Assembly: GCA_044445195.1 (NCBI GenBank)
Contig: JBIODP010000001.1
Span: 1-39,816, forward strand
Direction of reading: 5' to 3'
DNA: 39,816 nt
Source: Burkholderiales bacterium
Lineage (GTDB): Bacteria; Pseudomonadota; Gammaproteobacteria; Burkholderiales; Burkholderiaceae_D
Shown: in pieces, positions 9,988 to 21,866 of the stretch
How positions within the stretch are numbered: position 1 is the first letter of the stretch
How the letters are laid out: every line of letters begins with the position of its first letter
The notes under the pieces: generated by a model
What the model was told of the DNA's origin: nothing
Databases searched by the model: none
The model's input: the letters and a program-made list of their open reading frames with translations, nothing else
Program-made: the position numbers and the translations under genes

Positions 9988-11009
9988 TTGCTATGTGGCA
10001 GACCAAGCTTTTGTGGAAGCTTGCCATTGTTTCGTTTGGCCTGATGGGATTAACAGCGTCTGCCGATACTGTTGATCCGTTAGTCGACAGACGCGATGCG
10101 CAGATGTGGTTGAAGAAGATTCAATCGGCGGCGCAGAAGCTTAATTATTCCGGCATCTTCATTTATCAACAGGCCAATCAGGTGCGTGCTTCGCGCATCA
10201 CCCATGTGGTGGATGGCAAAAGCGAGCTTGGGAAATTGGAAATTCTGGATGGCAAGCCGCGCGAGTATATTCGTCGCGACGAAGAAGTTGCCTGTTATAT
10301 CCCGGAAAGTCGAACCGTCCTGATTGACAAACGCTACACGCCGGATTTTTTCCCTGCGATACCGATGGCGAATTCTTCCGATCTGGCTGACCATTACGAC
10401 CTTAAAAAAGCGGGAAGCGGGCGCGTAGCCGGGTATGATTGCCAGACTATCGCACTGGAGCCGAAAGATAATTTGCGTTACGGCTACCGGTTGTGGGCAG
10501 AGAAAAATACCGGTTTGTTGTTGCGCGTGCAGACTGTCAACGAGCGAAATACGGTGGTCGAGCAAATTACTTTTGCGCAGGTTGCCATAGGCGGATTCGA
10601 CAAAAACAGTGTGAGACCCAGTTACGCCAACATAGGAGGTTGGCATGTTGAAAGCACGTCGACGACCCAGGAAAATTTGTCTGGCTGGTCGGTGAAAACG
10701 GTGCCGCCGGGGTTCAGGAAAATTCATGAGTTGAAGCGACTGGTGCCCGATAATCCTGTTCCCAATTTGGCTGGGAACGGCGTTTCCGCACAGCATGAAA
10801 TATCGCAAATGGTTTTTTCGGATGGACTGGCAGCGATTTCGGTTTTTATCGAGCCCGGATCGCAAAGTCGCATCGAAGGCTCCATGCAACAGGGAGCAAT
10901 CAATATCGTCGGTAAGCGTCAGGGCGACTTTTGGCTTACTGTCGTTGGTGAAGTGCCTTCCGCTGCAATCAGACAAGTTGCCAATTCAATTGAATTCAAA
11001 CCCAAATAG
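9984..11009 (+). CDS. rseB: Sigma-E regulatory protein RseB/MucB
   Basis: 341 aa with a signal peptide, then the W(L/M)KKIQSAAQKLNYSG...Y block typical of MucB/RseB. ATGA overlap with rseA. Confidence 0.85.
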   Translation: MIAMWQTKLLWKLAIVSFGLMGLTASADTVDPLVDRRDAQMWLKKIQSAAQKLNYSGIFIYQQANQVRASRITHVVDGKSELGKLEILDGKPREYIRRDEEVACYIPESRTVLIDKRYTPDFFPAIPMANSSDLADHYDLKKAGSGRVAGYDCQTIALEPKDNLRYGYRLWAEKNTGLLLRVQTVNERNTVVEQITFAQVAIGGFDKNSVRPSYANIGGWHVESTSTTQENLSGWSVKTVPPGFRKIHELKRLVPDNPVPNLAGNGVSAQHEISQMVFSDGLAAISVFIEPGSQSRIEGSMQQGAINIVGKRQGDFWLTVVGEVPSAAIRQVANSIEFKPK

Positions 11010-11031
11010 TGAATAACTCAATGGTCATGCT

Positions 11032-12558
11032 ATGAAAACAATTCCATTATCTTTAAGGTTGTCGCTTTCCAAAACATTATTGACTTTGTTATGCAGCGCG
11101 GCCGGCGCATTTTTTGTACCGGTTGTAGTTGACGTTGCGCCGCACGCGAATGCCGCATCCGCCGCCGCAGTGCTGCCGGACTTTACCGATCTGGTCGAGA
11201 GGACAGGTCCTGCCGTAGTCAACATACGCACGACGCAGCGGCTGAAGCAAGGGATGCCAGGACTGAATCGAGGAGAGCCTGGCGACGATGATGAACAGAT
11301 GCAGGAATTTTTCCGGCGATTCTTCGGTGCGCCGATGCCGCCGCAGTTGCTGCCGAGGCATCCGCATGGCCGCAAAGAGCAGCCACAGGATCAGGAGCAG
11401 GAGCAAGAGGTGCCGCACGGTGTGGGTTCCGGATTTATTATTTCCTCCGACGGTTATGTGATGACTAACGCGCATGTTGTGGATGATGCAGATGAAGTAT
11501 ATGTGACGCTGACCGACAAGCGCGAGTTCAAGGCAAAAATCATAGGCGCAGACCGGAATTCCGACGTTGCGTTAGTCAAGATCGACGGCGCCAATCTGCC
11601 GCGATTGACTTTGGGCGCATCGGACAAGATCAAGGTGGGGGAATGGGTAATTGCCATTGGCTCTCCGTTTGGTCTGGAAAATACCGTGACCGCAGGCATT
11701 ATTTCGGCCAAGGCGCGCGACATTGGCGATTACCTGCCATTAATCCAGACCGATGTGGCCGTCAACCCGGGCAATTCCGGTGGGCCGTTGATCAATATGC
11801 GCGGTGAAGTGGTCGGTATCAATTCACAGATTTTTAGCCGTTCCGGCGGTTATATGGGCATTTCTTTTGCCGTGCCTATCGATGAAGCATTACGTGTCTC
11901 CGACCAGCTGAAAGCAGCAGGCAAGGTGACCCGCGGCCGTATTGGCGTGCAAATTCAGGATGTCACCAAGGAAGTGGCAGACTCCCTGAATTTGCCAAAG
12001 GCGCATGGCGCTTTGGTTGGGAGGGTGGAGCCTGGCAGCCCGGCTGAAAAAGGCGGGGTCGAGGCAGGCGATATTATCGTCAAATTCAACGGCACGGCTA
12101 TTGAGGCATCAAGCGATCTGCGTCGGCTTGCCGGTAGCACCAAGCCTGGCACGCGCATTACCTTGACAGTCTGGCGCAAGGGAACGAACCGCGATATTGT
12201 CGTCACTCTGGCTGAGATGGAGTCCGAAAAGCTGGCAAAAAAGGGTGAGCGGAAACAAAAGGAAAAGGCGGAGCAGCTCAGCAATTCACTGGGACTGATT
12301 ACCAGCGACTTGACTGACGAACAAAAGAAGGACATGAAGGTCGATCACGGCGTGGTGGTCGAGAATGCCGAAGGGGTGGCCCAGCGGGCAGGAATTCGTC
12401 CCGGCGACGTCATTCTGCGCTTGAAAGACACGGACATCAAAGACGTCAGGCAATTTAATGCGTTAGTCGCCAAGCTTGATACGAAGAAGGCGGCAGTGTT
12501 GCTGGTGCTGCGTGGTGACTCGTCGCAATTCGTATTAATTAAGCCGAACGCGCAGTAA
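11032..12558 (+). CDS. mucD: Periplasmic HtrA-family serine endoprotease (DegP/DegQ/MucD) with two PDZ domains
   Basis: Signal peptide. Catalytic motifs TNAHVV, D...DVALVK and GNSGGPL. Two PDZ-like segments. Fourth gene of the sigma-E module. Confidence 0.9.
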   Translation: MKTIPLSLRLSLSKTLLTLLCSAAGAFFVPVVVDVAPHANAASAAAVLPDFTDLVERTGPAVVNIRTTQRLKQGMPGLNRGEPGDDDEQMQEFFRRFFGAPMPPQLLPRHPHGRKEQPQDQEQEQEVPHGVGSGFIISSDGYVMTNAHVVDDADEVYVTLTDKREFKAKIIGADRNSDVALVKIDGANLPRLTLGASDKIKVGEWVIAIGSPFGLENTVTAGIISAKARDIGDYLPLIQTDVAVNPGNSGGPLINMRGEVVGINSQIFSRSGGYMGISFAVPIDEALRVSDQLKAAGKVTRGRIGVQIQDVTKEVADSLNLPKAHGALVGRVEPGSPAEKGGVEAGDIIVKFNGTAIEASSDLRRLAGSTKPGTRITLTVWRKGTNRDIVVTLAEMESEKLAKKGERKQKEKAEQLSNSLGLITSDLTDEQKKDMKVDHGVVVENAEGVAQRAGIRPGDVILRLKDTDIKDVRQFNALVAKLDTKKAAVLLVLRGDSSQFVLIKPNAQ

Positions 12559-12566
12559 GCGCCTTC

Positions 12567-12600
12567 AAGACCGCAGATCGGGTCTGGCTGCGGTCTTTTT
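12567..12600 (+). terminator. Rho-independent terminator after mucD
   Basis: AAGACCGCAG-11 nt loop-CTGCGGTCTT followed by TTT, read directly. Confidence 0.6.
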
Positions 12601-12855
12601 ATGAGCATGCATTTTACGCTCTATTCACGGGGCTATTGTCACCTGTGCGACGACATGCTGCAGGCGCTGCAGGCGTTTGGGATCACGCAGGCATTCACGA
12701 TTGAGGTGGTGGATGTCGACGCCGATGCAGTGCTCGTTGCACGGTATGACGAATGGGTGCCGGTGTTGATGGCAAGCAGGGATGGCGAGCCGCCTGTGCA
12801 GCTATGCCACTATTTCCTGGACGAGCCCAAGCTGCGGGCATTTCTTGAAAGTTGA
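12601..12855 (+). CDS. Glutaredoxin-like small protein (DUF836/thioredoxin fold)
   Basis: 84 aa. LYSRGYCHLCDDM (CxxC) near the N-terminus and a W(V)PVL motif. Confidence 0.7.
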   Translation: MSMHFTLYSRGYCHLCDDMLQALQAFGITQAFTIEVVDVDADAVLVARYDEWVPVLMASRDGEPPVQLCHYFLDEPKLRAFLES

Positions 12856-12992
12856 TCGGCGGCCTCGCGTAGTGCCAGACTGGCGATGCCTGCGCTCAGA
12901 ACCTTGATGCGTTCTCTCTGCTCACTCATATTAGCACGGGCTTTCCCCTCTAAAATCCGGTAAAATGCCAGTATCGAATATCCTTCGGCAAC

Positions 12993-13016
12993 AAGGCGCT
13001 CTTGAGCGCTTTTTTT
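12993..13016 (+). terminator. Terminator-like hairpin plus T7 run, 18 nt upstream of the lepA ATG
   Basis: AAGGCGCTC-TT-GAGCGCTTT followed by TTTT, read directly. The core is a 6-bp GC stem. Confidence 0.45.
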
Positions 13017-13034
13017 GTAATTGCAATTTAGTTA

Positions 13035-14828
13035 ATGAATAATATCCGTAATTTTTCTATTATCGCTCATATCGACCACGGTAAATCCACGCTCGCAGAT
13101 CGCATTATCCAGTTATGCGGAGGCTTGTCCGATCGTGAAATGGAAGCCCAGGTGCTGGATTCAATGGATCTCGAACGCGAGCGCGGCATCACGATCAAAG
13201 CGCAGACCGCCGCGCTATCGTATAAAGCGCTGGACGGGCAGATCTATAACCTGAACCTGATCGACACGCCGGGGCATGTGGATTTCAGCTATGAGGTTAG
13301 CCGCTCGCTGTCGGCTTGCGAAGGAGCGTTGCTGGTAGTGGACGCATCGCAAGGCGTCGAGGCGCAAACCGTCGCCAACTGTTATACCGCCATTGAACTG
13401 GGCGTTGAAGTGGTGCCGGTCTTAAATAAAATCGATTTGCCGTCGGCCGATCCCGAAAACGCGATTGAAGAAATCGAAGAAGTAATAGGGATAGACGCAA
13501 CCGATGCCGTGCGCTGCTCGGCCAAAACCGGTTTGGGCGTGCAGGATGTGCTGGAATCGCTGATTGCGAGAGTGCCGCCGCCCAAAGGCGACCCGAATGC
13601 GCCGCTGCAAGCCTTGATCGTCGACTCCTGGTTCGATAATTATGTTGGCGTTGTGATGCTGGTACGGGTGTTCAACGGCACCTTGCGTCCCAAGGACAAG
13701 ATATTGCTGATGGCAACCGCTACCCAGCACCTGACCGAAAGCGTGGGCGTATTTACGCCTAAGTCCGTGAACCGCGAGTCGCTCTCGGCCGGCCAGGTAG
13801 GTTTTGTCATTGCCGGCATCAAAGAATTGAAAGCGGCCAAGGTCGGCGACACGGTCACGCTGGTCAATCGCCCGGCTTCGGCGCCGCTACCCGGTTTCAA
13901 AGAGGTGCAGCCGCAGGTGTTTGCCGGTTTATTTCCAGTCGAGGCCAACCAATACGATGCGTTGCGCGATTCGCTGGAAAAGCTGAAGTTGAACGATGCT
14001 GCGCTCATGTATGAGCCGGAAGTTTCGCAGGCGCTGGGATTCGGCTTTCGATGCGGTTTTCTAGGTCTGCTGCATATGGAAATCGTGCAGGAGCGGCTGG
14101 AACGCGAGTTCGACATGGACTTGATCACGACTGCCCCGACCGTCATTTATGAGGTGGTGCTGTGCGACGGAAGTATTTTGATGGTGGACAACCCATCCAA
14201 GATGCCCGATCCGTCGAAGATTGAAGAAATTCGCGAGCCTATCGTCACTGTTAATCTGTATATGCCGCAAGAGTATGTCGGTTCGGTGATTACCTTATGC
14301 ACGCAGAAGCGCGGCATGCAAATGGACATGAGCTATCATGGCAAGCAGGTAAAATTGACTTATGAAATGCCGATGGCTGAAATAGTCCTTGATTTCTTCG
14401 ATAAGCTGAAATCGACTTCGCGCGGTTATGCGTCGATGGACTATGAATTCAAGGAATATCGGGCAGCGGATGTAGTCAAAGTCGACATGCTGATTAACAG
14501 TGAAAAAGTCGACGCGTTGGCGATTATCGTGCATCGGGCCAATAGCCAGCATCGCGGTCGCGCAGTCGCCGCCAAGATGCGTGAATTGATTCCCAGGCAG
14601 ATGTTCGATGTCGCGATTCAAGCTGCGATCGGTTCCAATATTATTTCGCGCGAGAACGTCAAAGCCTTGCGCAAAAACGTATTGGCTAAATGTTATGGTG
14701 GAGATATCAGCCGTAAGCGCAAGTTATTGGAAAAGCAAAAGGCCGGTAAAAAGCGGATGAAGCAAGTGGGTTCGGTAGAAATCCCTCAAGAAGCATTTTT
14801 AGCAATTTTACAAGTGGATGAAAAATGA
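13035..14828 (+). CDS. lepA: Elongation factor 4 (LepA)
   Basis: [20 protein letters not shown]...DTPGHVDF...NKIDL GTPase motifs. 597 aa. Confidence 0.97.
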   Translation: MNNIRNFSIIAHIDHGKSTLADRIIQLCGGLSDREMEAQVLDSMDLERERGITIKAQTAALSYKALDGQIYNLNLIDTPGHVDFSYEVSRSLSACEGALLVVDASQGVEAQTVANCYTAIELGVEVVPVLNKIDLPSADPENAIEEIEEVIGIDATDAVRCSAKTGLGVQDVLESLIARVPPPKGDPNAPLQALIVDSWFDNYVGVVMLVRVFNGTLRPKDKILLMATATQHLTESVGVFTPKSVNRESLSAGQVGFVIAGIKELKAAKVGDTVTLVNRPASAPLPGFKEVQPQVFAGLFPVEANQYDALRDSLEKLKLNDAALMYEPEVSQALGFGFRCGFLGLLHMEIVQERLEREFDMDLITTAPTVIYEVVLCDGSILMVDNPSKMPDPSKIEEIREPIVTVNLYMPQEYVGSVITLCTQKRGMQMDMSYHGKQVKLTYEMPMAEIVLDFFDKLKSTSRGYASMDYEFKEYRAADVVKVDMLINSEKVDALAIIVHRANSQHRGRAVAAKMRELIPRQMFDVAIQAAIGSNIISRENVKALRKNVLAKCYGGDISRKRKLLEKQKAGKKRMKQVGSVEIPQEAFLAILQVDEK

Positions 14829-15745
14829 ACGGACAAGCAATCCTGAGCAATTTTGCATTGATTCTTTTTATCTTGACGATAGTGACCGGCATCGTCTGGT
14901 TTCTGGACATATTTTATTTAGCCAAACAGCGTAGGCTAAAGGCCGATGGCGCGCTTGCAGAATTCGATGCGCGCAATAAAAAATTGAAAGCGGAAGGCAT
15001 CAAGCTCGATGAGAGCGGACGGGCTGCGCTGGAGGCAAGCATACTGCGTCAACCAACCTGGATTGAATATTCCGGCAGTTTTTTCCCGGTGATTGCGCTG
15101 GTTTTTTTTGTGCGCTCTTTTTTATACGAGCCGTTTAAAATCCCCTCCAGTTCAATGGAGCCGACGTTGCTGATTGGCGACCTTATTTTAGTCAACAAGT
15201 ATACCTATGGCATTCGCCTGCCAATTATCAATAAGAAAATTATCGAGATCAATCAGCCGAAACGCGGCGACGTGATGGTCTTTCGGTATCCGGAAGATCC
15301 ATCAATGGATTACATCAAACGTGTGGTTGGCGTGCCAGGTGATAAAATAGTCTATAAAAACAAGCGCTTAACGGTTAACGGCGAGAAAATATCGTATCGA
15401 TCCTTGCCCGATTTCCTGGATGAAGCTGCTGAAACAAACTTGGCATATCGGAAACAATTTTCTGAAAATCTTACGGGCGTGCAACATAGAATTTTGAATT
15501 TTGAGGATAGGCCGGCGGATGTCTCTCATCCCGATGAATTTCCGCAACGCGAATTGTGTTCATACAACATAGAAGGATTTGCCTGTAGCGTTCCTGCTGG
15601 ACATTATTTTATGATGGGGGATAATCGGGATAATAGCAGAGACAGTCGCTATTGGGGATTTGTGCCGGACGAGAATATTGTCGGAAAAGCATTTTTTGTC
15701 TGGATGAATTTGGGCAACTTGAAACGTATAGGTAGTTTTCAATAA
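14825..15745 (+). CDS. lepB: Signal peptidase I
   Basis: [10 protein letters not shown] (catalytic Ser), [11 protein letters not shown] (Lys box) and [21 protein letters not shown] overlap with lepA. Confidence 0.93.
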   Translation: MNGQAILSNFALILFILTIVTGIVWFLDIFYLAKQRRLKADGALAEFDARNKKLKAEGIKLDESGRAALEASILRQPTWIEYSGSFFPVIALVFFVRSFLYEPFKIPSSSMEPTLLIGDLILVNKYTYGIRLPIINKKIIEINQPKRGDVMVFRYPEDPSMDYIKRVVGVPGDKIVYKNKRLTVNGEKISYRSLPDFLDEAAETNLAYRKQFSENLTGVQHRILNFEDRPADVSHPDEFPQRELCSYNIEGFACSVPAGHYFMMGDNRDNSRDSRYWGFVPDENIVGKAFFVWMNLGNLKRIGSFQ

Positions 15746-15767
15746 ATAGCACATTGAGGGTAAATCC

Positions 15768-16154
15768 ATGAAAGCATCGGCAATAGGGCGGCAACGCGGG
15801 ATTAGTCTGGTGAGCTTGATCTTCGTTCTTGCCATCTTGGGCCTGATAGTTGTGTTGGCAATGAAAATTGTGCCGACGGTAACCGAATATATGACGGTCA
15901 GGCAAGCCATCGTCAAGGCAAAAGCGGCGGGATCGACGATTCCCGAAATTCGCGCGTCGTTCGACAAACAAGCGGACACCGCCTATGTCGAGTCGATTTC
16001 CAGCAAGGATCTCGACATAGTAAAAACTGGCGACGGTTTTGAAATCAGCTTTGCGTATGAAAAGAAGATACCGCTGTTTGGACCCGCTAGCCTTGTGCTC
16101 GATTATTCAGGCTCAACCTCAACGACCAAGCTGCCGAAAAAAACGGATGAATAG
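15768..16154 (+). CDS. DUF4845-family protein with a pilin-like N-terminal hydrophobic segment
   Basis: 128 aa. [22 protein letters not shown]-terminus. Conserved position between lepB and rnc. Confidence 0.7.
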   Translation: MKASAIGRQRGISLVSLIFVLAILGLIVVLAMKIVPTVTEYMTVRQAIVKAKAAGSTIPEIRASFDKQADTAYVESISSKDLDIVKTGDGFEISFAYEKKIPLFGPASLVLDYSGSTSTTKLPKKTDE

Positions 16155-16171
16155 GGTCAGCACAAAACAAA

Positions 16172-17095
16172 ATGGATGTCACATTACTGCAAAACCGGCT
16201 AAGCTATACATTCAACGATGCTGAGTTGCTGCAGCAGGCGCTGACGCATCGCAGCCATAGTGTTTTGCATAACGAGAGACTTGAATTCCTGGGCGATTCG
16301 ATTTTGAATTGTGTGGTTGCATCATTGTTATTCGATCGTTACAGCAAGATAGATGAAGGCGATTTGTCGCGTTTGCGCGCAAATCTGGTCAAGCAGCAAT
16401 CGCTGTACGAAATAGCACAACGGCTGGAGTTATCCCAATTCTTGCGCCTTGGGGAAGGGGAGCTTAAATCGGGTGGATTTCGGCGGCCGTCGATACTCGC
16501 CGATACGCTTGAGGCTCTGTTCGGCGCCATTTATCTGGATGCCGGATTCAATGCCGCCCGCGACGTCATCCGGTCGCTATATATCCCCATTCTCGATACG
16601 GTCGATCCAAAAACGCTGGGCAAGGATGCCAAGACGCTGTTGCAGGAGTACTTGCAAAGCAAGAAAATCGCGCTTCCGCAATACAATGTGGCTGCTACCC
16701 ATGGCGCGGCCCACAATCAGATGTTCGAGATCGAGTGCCTGGTGCCGAAGCTTGATATCCAGGTATTCGGCACCGGCGGCAGTCGCCGCGCCGGTGAGCA
16801 GGCCGCCGCTAAATTGGCGCTTGAGGCAGCGCAGGCAGTATTGATAAAAGCGCCGTCGGCGCCACGTAAAGCCAAGCCGCGCACCTCGCAATTGAAACTG
16901 GCGGGCATCGCAACGGTACAAAGCGATACGCCATCGGACGAAACGCCATCGCGGCAGGCTAAAACCGCGTCGAAATCCGAGCCGAAGGCTGAGGCTAAAC
17001 CCGAGACCAAGCCCGACGCCAAACCTGATGCTCCCGCATCCCCCAACGCCGAACTTGATTTGCAGCTGGCTGCCAATCACGCGAAAACCGCATGA
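16172..17095 (+). CDS. rnc: Ribonuclease III with an ~83-aa low-complexity C-terminal extension
   Basis: [12 protein letters not shown] signature, a dsRBD ending near aa 224, then a K/P/A/E/S-rich tail. Confidence 0.93.
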   Translation: MDVTLLQNRLSYTFNDAELLQQALTHRSHSVLHNERLEFLGDSILNCVVASLLFDRYSKIDEGDLSRLRANLVKQQSLYEIAQRLELSQFLRLGEGELKSGGFRRPSILADTLEALFGAIYLDAGFNAARDVIRSLYIPILDTVDPKTLGKDAKTLLQEYLQSKKIALPQYNVAATHGAAHNQMFEIECLVPKLDIQVFGTGGSRRAGEQAAAKLALEAAQAVLIKAPSAPRKAKPRTSQLKLAGIATVQSDTPSDETPSRQAKTASKSEPKAEAKPETKPDAKPDAPASPNAELDLQLAANHAKTA

Positions 17096-17994
17096 CTGAA
17101 TCTGCTGCAGGCTCTGATTTCCGATGCGGCTATATCGCGATTGTAGGTCGCCCCAATGTCGGTAAATCGACACTGATGAACGCGTTGATCGGCGCCAAGG
17201 TGAGCATCACTTCGCGCAAGGCGCAAACCACGCGGCATCGCGTTACCGGCATCCAGACAGTCGAGAATGCGCAGTTCATTTATGTCGACACACCCGGATT
17301 CCAGACGCGCCACGCCAATGCGCTGAACAAGACGCTAAACAGAACGGTGACCAATACGCTGACGGCATCGGATGTGATCTTATTCATTATCGAGGCCGGC
17401 ACATTCGGTCCAGCCGATCAGCAGGTGTTGGATTTAGTGCCGGATAATGTGCCCTGCCTATTGGTCATTAATAAATCGGATCGCGTCAAAGACAAGGCCG
17501 TGCTTTTGCCTTTTGCGCAGCAGATTGCCGCCAAGTACAATTTTTCCGCAGTAGTGCCGGTATCTGCCAAGCTGCACTTCCAGCTTGATGATTTGCAAGG
17601 TGAAATCCGGAAGTATTTACCTGAAAATCCACCTGTATTCGGTGAGGACGACATTACCGATCGCAGCGAAAAATTTCTGGCGGCGGAAATCGTCCGTGAA
17701 AAGGTATTTCGTTTTGTCGGCGATGAATTGCCTTACACGAGTACCGTCCTGATTGAAAAATTTGAACAGGAAGGCGATTTGCGGCGTGTGTTCGCCGCCA
17801 TTCTGGTGCAGCGCGATACGCACAAATCGATGCTGATCGGACAGAAAGGCGCGCGCCTGAAGGAGATTTCCACGCAAGCGCGTCTCGACATGGAGCGTTT
17901 GTTCGGCGGCCCGGTATACCTCGAAGTATGGGTAAAAGTAAAGTCGGGCTGGGCTGATAATGAAGCCGGGTTGCGCGCATACGGTTACGAATGA
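17092..17994 (+). CDS. era: GTPase Era
   Basis: [14 protein letters not shown] and NKSD GTPase motifs with a KH-domain C-terminus. ATGA overlap with rnc. Confidence 0.95.
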   Translation: MTESAAGSDFRCGYIAIVGRPNVGKSTLMNALIGAKVSITSRKAQTTRHRVTGIQTVENAQFIYVDTPGFQTRHANALNKTLNRTVTNTLTASDVILFIIEAGTFGPADQQVLDLVPDNVPCLLVINKSDRVKDKAVLLPFAQQIAAKYNFSAVVPVSAKLHFQLDDLQGEIRKYLPENPPVFGEDDITDRSEKFLAAEIVREKVFRFVGDELPYTSTVLIEKFEQEGDLRRVFAAILVQRDTHKSMLIGQKGARLKEISTQARLDMERLFGGPVYLEVWVKVKSGWADNEAGLRAYGYE

Positions 17995-18713
17995 TTTTAA
18001 AAGAATATCGCATTTCTGCTCAGCCCGGTTTTGTGCTGCACAGTTATCCATATAAAGAAACCAGTCTGATTGTAGACGTATTTTCACGCGACTATGGCCG
18101 CATCGCACTGGTTGCCAAAGGCGCCAAGCGACCGCATTCCAAATTGCGTGGCGTATTGCAGACTTTTCAGCCGCTTGCAGTAGGCTGGAGCGGTAAATCG
18201 GAAGTCCGCACCCTGACTGCCGCAGAATGGGTCGGCGGCTTGCCGCCGCTAGAAAAGTCGGCGCTTTTATGCGGGTTTTATCTGAATGAACTTCTGGTAA
18301 AATTGTTGGCTCGGGACGATCCTCACGCCGCATTGTTCGATCATTACATTGCCGCCTTGAACCAGCTTGCCCATGACGAACCGGCGCCGGTCGTATTGCG
18401 CAAATTCGAGCGCGCGTTGCTGAAGGAAACCGGTGTATCCACTGATTTCACCATGTGTACCAGCACTGCCAGGCCGGTCGATCCGGAGCAGACCTACGTG
18501 GTCGATCCGGAGCATGGTCCGCGCATTGCGCGGTCCGCTGACCATTGGCCATGCATATCCGGCAAAACTTTGCTCGACATGGAGCAGCAGGATTACGCCG
18601 ATGCGGCAACCCAAGCCCAAAGCAAAACGCTTATGCGGTTTTTGCTGGCCCATCATTTGGGCGGCATGCAGCTCAATACGCGGCAGATTCTGATCGATTT
18701 GATGCAATTATGA
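17991..18713 (+). CDS. recO: DNA repair protein RecO
   Basis: 240 aa. [26 protein letters not shown]-terminus. rnc-era-recO synteny. Confidence 0.9.
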   Translation: MILKEYRISAQPGFVLHSYPYKETSLIVDVFSRDYGRIALVAKGAKRPHSKLRGVLQTFQPLAVGWSGKSEVRTLTAAEWVGGLPPLEKSALLCGFYLNELLVKLLARDDPHAALFDHYIAALNQLAHDEPAPVVLRKFERALLKETGVSTDFTMCTSTARPVDPEQTYVVDPEHGPRIARSADHWPCISGKTLLDMEQQDYADAATQAQSKTLMRFLLAHHLGGMQLNTRQILIDLMQL

Positions 18714-18723
18714 GTAACCTGCC

Positions 18724-19503
18724 ATGAGCTTTCTCGAACCTTCCGGCACTATCATCGATTTGGGCGTCAACATCGACCATGTGGCGACGCTGCGCAATGC
18801 GCGCGGCACCGCCTACCCCGATCCGGTGCAGGCGGCCTTGCTGGCCGAAGAGGCCGGCGCAGATGCCATTACTTTGCATATGCGGGAAGACCGCCGCCAT
18901 ATCAAGGACGCCGATGTCGAAGCGATTCGTCCGTTGTTGCGCACCCGCATGAATCTGGAAGCAGCCGTGACATCGGAAATGATCGATTTTTGCAGCCGCA
19001 TCAAGCCGCACGACGCCTGTCTGGTGCCGGAACGGCGCGAGGAGCTGACGACCGAAGGCGGATTGGACGTCGTCAAATATTTTACGCAAGTGCAGGCCGC
19101 CGTCAGGCAATTGCAAGCCGAGGGAATTCGGGTCAGCCTGTTTATCGATGCCGACGCCAGCCAGATCCAGGCGGCAGCCGAGACCGGGGCATCGGTGATT
19201 GAATTGCACACCGGTCGTTATGCAGATGCGCACGGAGCTGCTGTGCAGCAACAGGAGTTGATGCGGGTGCGGCAGGGCGTGCTGGAAGGGGTCAGGCGCG
19301 GCTTGAAAGTCAATGCCGGTCATGGATTGCATTATACGAATGCGCAGGCTATTGCCGCGATCCCGGAAATTGCGGAGCTGAACATCGGCCACGCGATAGT
19401 TGCGCATGCGGTGTTTGCCGGGTGGCAGAATGCGGTGCGGGAAATGAAGGCGATTCTGGTGCAGGCGCGATTGTCGGCAATCGCAACGCGTGAAGAGGGC
19501 TAA
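18724..19503 (+). CDS. pdxJ: Pyridoxine 5'-phosphate synthase
   Basis: [16 protein letters not shown]...[12 protein letters not shown]...ELHTG...NAGHGL motifs. Confidence 0.95.
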   Translation: MSFLEPSGTIIDLGVNIDHVATLRNARGTAYPDPVQAALLAEEAGADAITLHMREDRRHIKDADVEAIRPLLRTRMNLEAAVTSEMIDFCSRIKPHDACLVPERREELTTEGGLDVVKYFTQVQAAVRQLQAEGIRVSLFIDADASQIQAAAETGASVIELHTGRYADAHGAAVQQQELMRVRQGVLEGVRRGLKVNAGHGLHYTNAQAIAAIPEIAELNIGHAIVAHAVFAGWQNAVREMKAILVQARLSAIATREEG

Positions 19504-19515
19504 TAGAGCGCACAC

Positions 19516-19908
19516 ATGATCTACGGCATCGGTACCGACATCATTCGGATTGCACGCATCGAAGCGGCCTTGGTTCGCCACGGAGCGCGTTTTGCCGAAA
19601 AAATACTCGGGCCGGAAGAGTTGGAAAAATATCGATTGCGCAAAGCCCGGGCCGAAGTACGCGCCTTGCGCTTTCTGGCAACCCGGTTTGCCGCTAAAGA
19701 AGCGTTTTCCAAAGCGATCGGACTGGGCTTGCATTTGCCAATGACCTGGCGTGCGGCGCAAATATTGAACGCTCCCAGCGGCAAGCCGATCATCGCCACC
19801 AACGGCGAGTTGCGGGAATTCATGGAGCAGCGTGAACTGAGCGCGCAAGTGACGATTACCGATGAAGCCGAATATGCCGTCGCCTTTGTGATCGTGGAAC
19901 AGAAATAG
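19516..19908 (+). CDS. acpS: Holo-ACP synthase
   Basis: [15 protein letters not shown]...[10 protein letters not shown] motifs. 130 aa. Confidence 0.9.
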   Translation: MIYGIGTDIIRIARIEAALVRHGARFAEKILGPEELEKYRLRKARAEVRALRFLATRFAAKEAFSKAIGLGLHLPMTWRAAQILNAPSGKPIIATNGELREFMEQRELSAQVTITDEAEYAVAFVIVEQK

Positions 19909-19915
19909 CCTGACG

Positions 19916-21778
19916 ATGCCAGACCCCGACCCCATTGTTCCCGATCCGCGCGCCGCGGTTCTCGACACGGTAACCCGGTTGCCGCACCTGCCCGGGGTAT
20001 ATCGCTATTTCGATGCCGACAACAACATTTTGTATGTCGGCAAAGCGCGCGATTTAAAAAAGAGGGTCTCCAGCTATTTTCAAAAAACCTTGACCAGCCC
20101 GCGTACCGCCATGATGGTTGAGCGCATCGCCCGGCTGGAAACGACGGTAACGCGCAGCGAAGCGGAAGCCTTGATCCTGGAAAGCAACCTGATCAAGGCG
20201 TTGCAGCCGCGCTTCAATATCCTGTTTCGGGACGACAAGTCGTATCCCTACCTGAAAATAAGCGGGCAGGAATATCCGCGCATGGCCTATTATCGTGGCG
20301 CGGTAGACAAGAAAAATCAGTATTTCGGCCCCTTTCCCAGTGCCTGGGCGGTGAAGGAATCGATGCAGATTTTGCAGAAGATATTTTTGCTGCGCACTTG
20401 CGAAGATTCGGTGTTTTCCAATCGACTGCGTCCCTGTCTGCTTTATCAAATTAATCGTTGCAGCGCGCCTTGCGTCAAGAAAATAAGCAAGGAGGATTAC
20501 GCAGTCGATGTCGACAATGCCGCCAAATTCTTGCGCGGCAGGCAAAGCGAAGTGCTGGCAACCCTGGAAGCCAAGATGCATGCGTACGCGGCAGAACTGA
20601 AGTTTGAGCAAGCCGCCACCGTACGAAACCAGCTAACGGCGCTGTCGCGGGTATTGCATCAGCAAAGCATGGAGGTGGGCAGCGACGCCGACATCGATAT
20701 TATCGCGGTCGTTGTGCATGGCGGACGCGCTTGCGTCAATCTGGCGATGGTGCGCGGCGGACGGCATCTTGGCGACCGTGCCTATTTTCCGACCCATGTC
20801 GATAATGCCTTCGCGAACGCGGAGGAGACGCTGGCAAGCGAAGTATTGAAGGCGTTTCTGGCCCAACATTATCTCTCAACGTTCATTCCCGGAACCATTA
20901 TCCTGAATCTGGAGTTCGATGAACCGGCCTTGATGGTGGCATTGATGGCGCAATGCGGTCACCGCATCAACCTGGTATTCCAGCCGCAAGAGCAGCGCCG
21001 CAAATGGTTGGAAATGGCGCAAAAAGGGGCGGAAATATCGCTTGCGCGCCTATTGTCCGAGCAGGGCTCGCAACAGGCGCGCACCCATGCGCTGGTCGAT
21101 GCGCTGGGCATCGACATCGCCGACTGCGATAGTTTGCGGGCCGAGTGTTTTGACATCAGCCATACGCAGGGCGAAGCGACCCAGGCATCCTGTGTCGTAT
21201 TCCATCATCATGCGATGCAGAATGGCGAGTATCGGCGCTATAACATTACCGGCATTACGCCGGGAGACGACTATGCGGCGATGCGGCAAGTCTTGACCAG
21301 GCGCTATGAAAAAGTGGCCAATGGCGACGGCGTCATGCCGGACATCGTGTTGATCGACGGCGGCAAGGGGCAGGTTGAAATGGCGCGCCAGGTATTTGTG
21401 GAACTGGGGCTGGATGTCGGTTTGATAGTCGGCGTCGCCAAGGGAGAAGGCCGTAAAGTGGGGTTGGAGACGCTGATTTTTGCAGATGGGCGGGCGCCGC
21501 AGGAGTTGGGACGCGAGTCTGCGGCGTTGATGTTGATTGCACAGATACGCGACGAGGCTCACCGTTTTGCGATCACCGGCATGCGCGCCAGGCGAGCCAA
21601 GTCGCGACAGTCGTCCCGGTTGGAGGAAATTGAGGGAATCGGCGCCAAACGCCGGCAAAAATTATTGGCCCGGTTCGGTGGTTTGCGCGGGGTAATCGAT
21701 GCCGGTGTAGAAGATCTGGCTTCGGTTGAAGGAATTTCACGGCAATTGGCGGAAGATATTTATAAGCAATTGCATTAA
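19916..21778 (+). CDS. uvrC: Excinuclease ABC subunit C
   Basis: GIY-YIG N-terminus (PGVYRYFD...ILYVGKA), a UVR domain and a C-terminal HhH region. 620 aa. Confidence 0.95.
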   Translation: MPDPDPIVPDPRAAVLDTVTRLPHLPGVYRYFDADNNILYVGKARDLKKRVSSYFQKTLTSPRTAMMVERIARLETTVTRSEAEALILESNLIKALQPRFNILFRDDKSYPYLKISGQEYPRMAYYRGAVDKKNQYFGPFPSAWAVKESMQILQKIFLLRTCEDSVFSNRLRPCLLYQINRCSAPCVKKISKEDYAVDVDNAAKFLRGRQSEVLATLEAKMHAYAAELKFEQAATVRNQLTALSRVLHQQSMEVGSDADIDIIAVVVHGGRACVNLAMVRGGRHLGDRAYFPTHVDNAFANAEETLASEVLKAFLAQHYLSTFIPGTIILNLEFDEPALMVALMAQCGHRINLVFQPQEQRRKWLEMAQKGAEISLARLLSEQGSQQARTHALVDALGIDIADCDSLRAECFDISHTQGEATQASCVVFHHHAMQNGEYRRYNITGITPGDDYAAMRQVLTRRYEKVANGDGVMPDIVLIDGGKGQVEMARQVFVELGLDVGLIVGVAKGEGRKVGLETLIFADGRAPQELGRESAALMLIAQIRDEAHRFAITGMRARRAKSRQSSRLEEIEGIGAKRRQKLLARFGGLRGVIDAGVEDLASVEGISRQLAEDIYKQLH

Positions 21779-21866
21779 ATTAAGAAGATAATTGCGGGGG
21801 AAAATCGACACGATTTTCTGTAATGTTGATACTTGAAAAATAATTCATGCCGATTGATGCCGATCC

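Noticed and set aside
18673-19968. 431-aa minus-strand ORF spanning pdxJ and acpS.
   Set aside because: It is antisense to two strongly supported genes. The translation is Arg/His/Gln/Gly-rich with no recognisable motif. This is a typical shadow ORF on the complement of GC-rich coding sequence.
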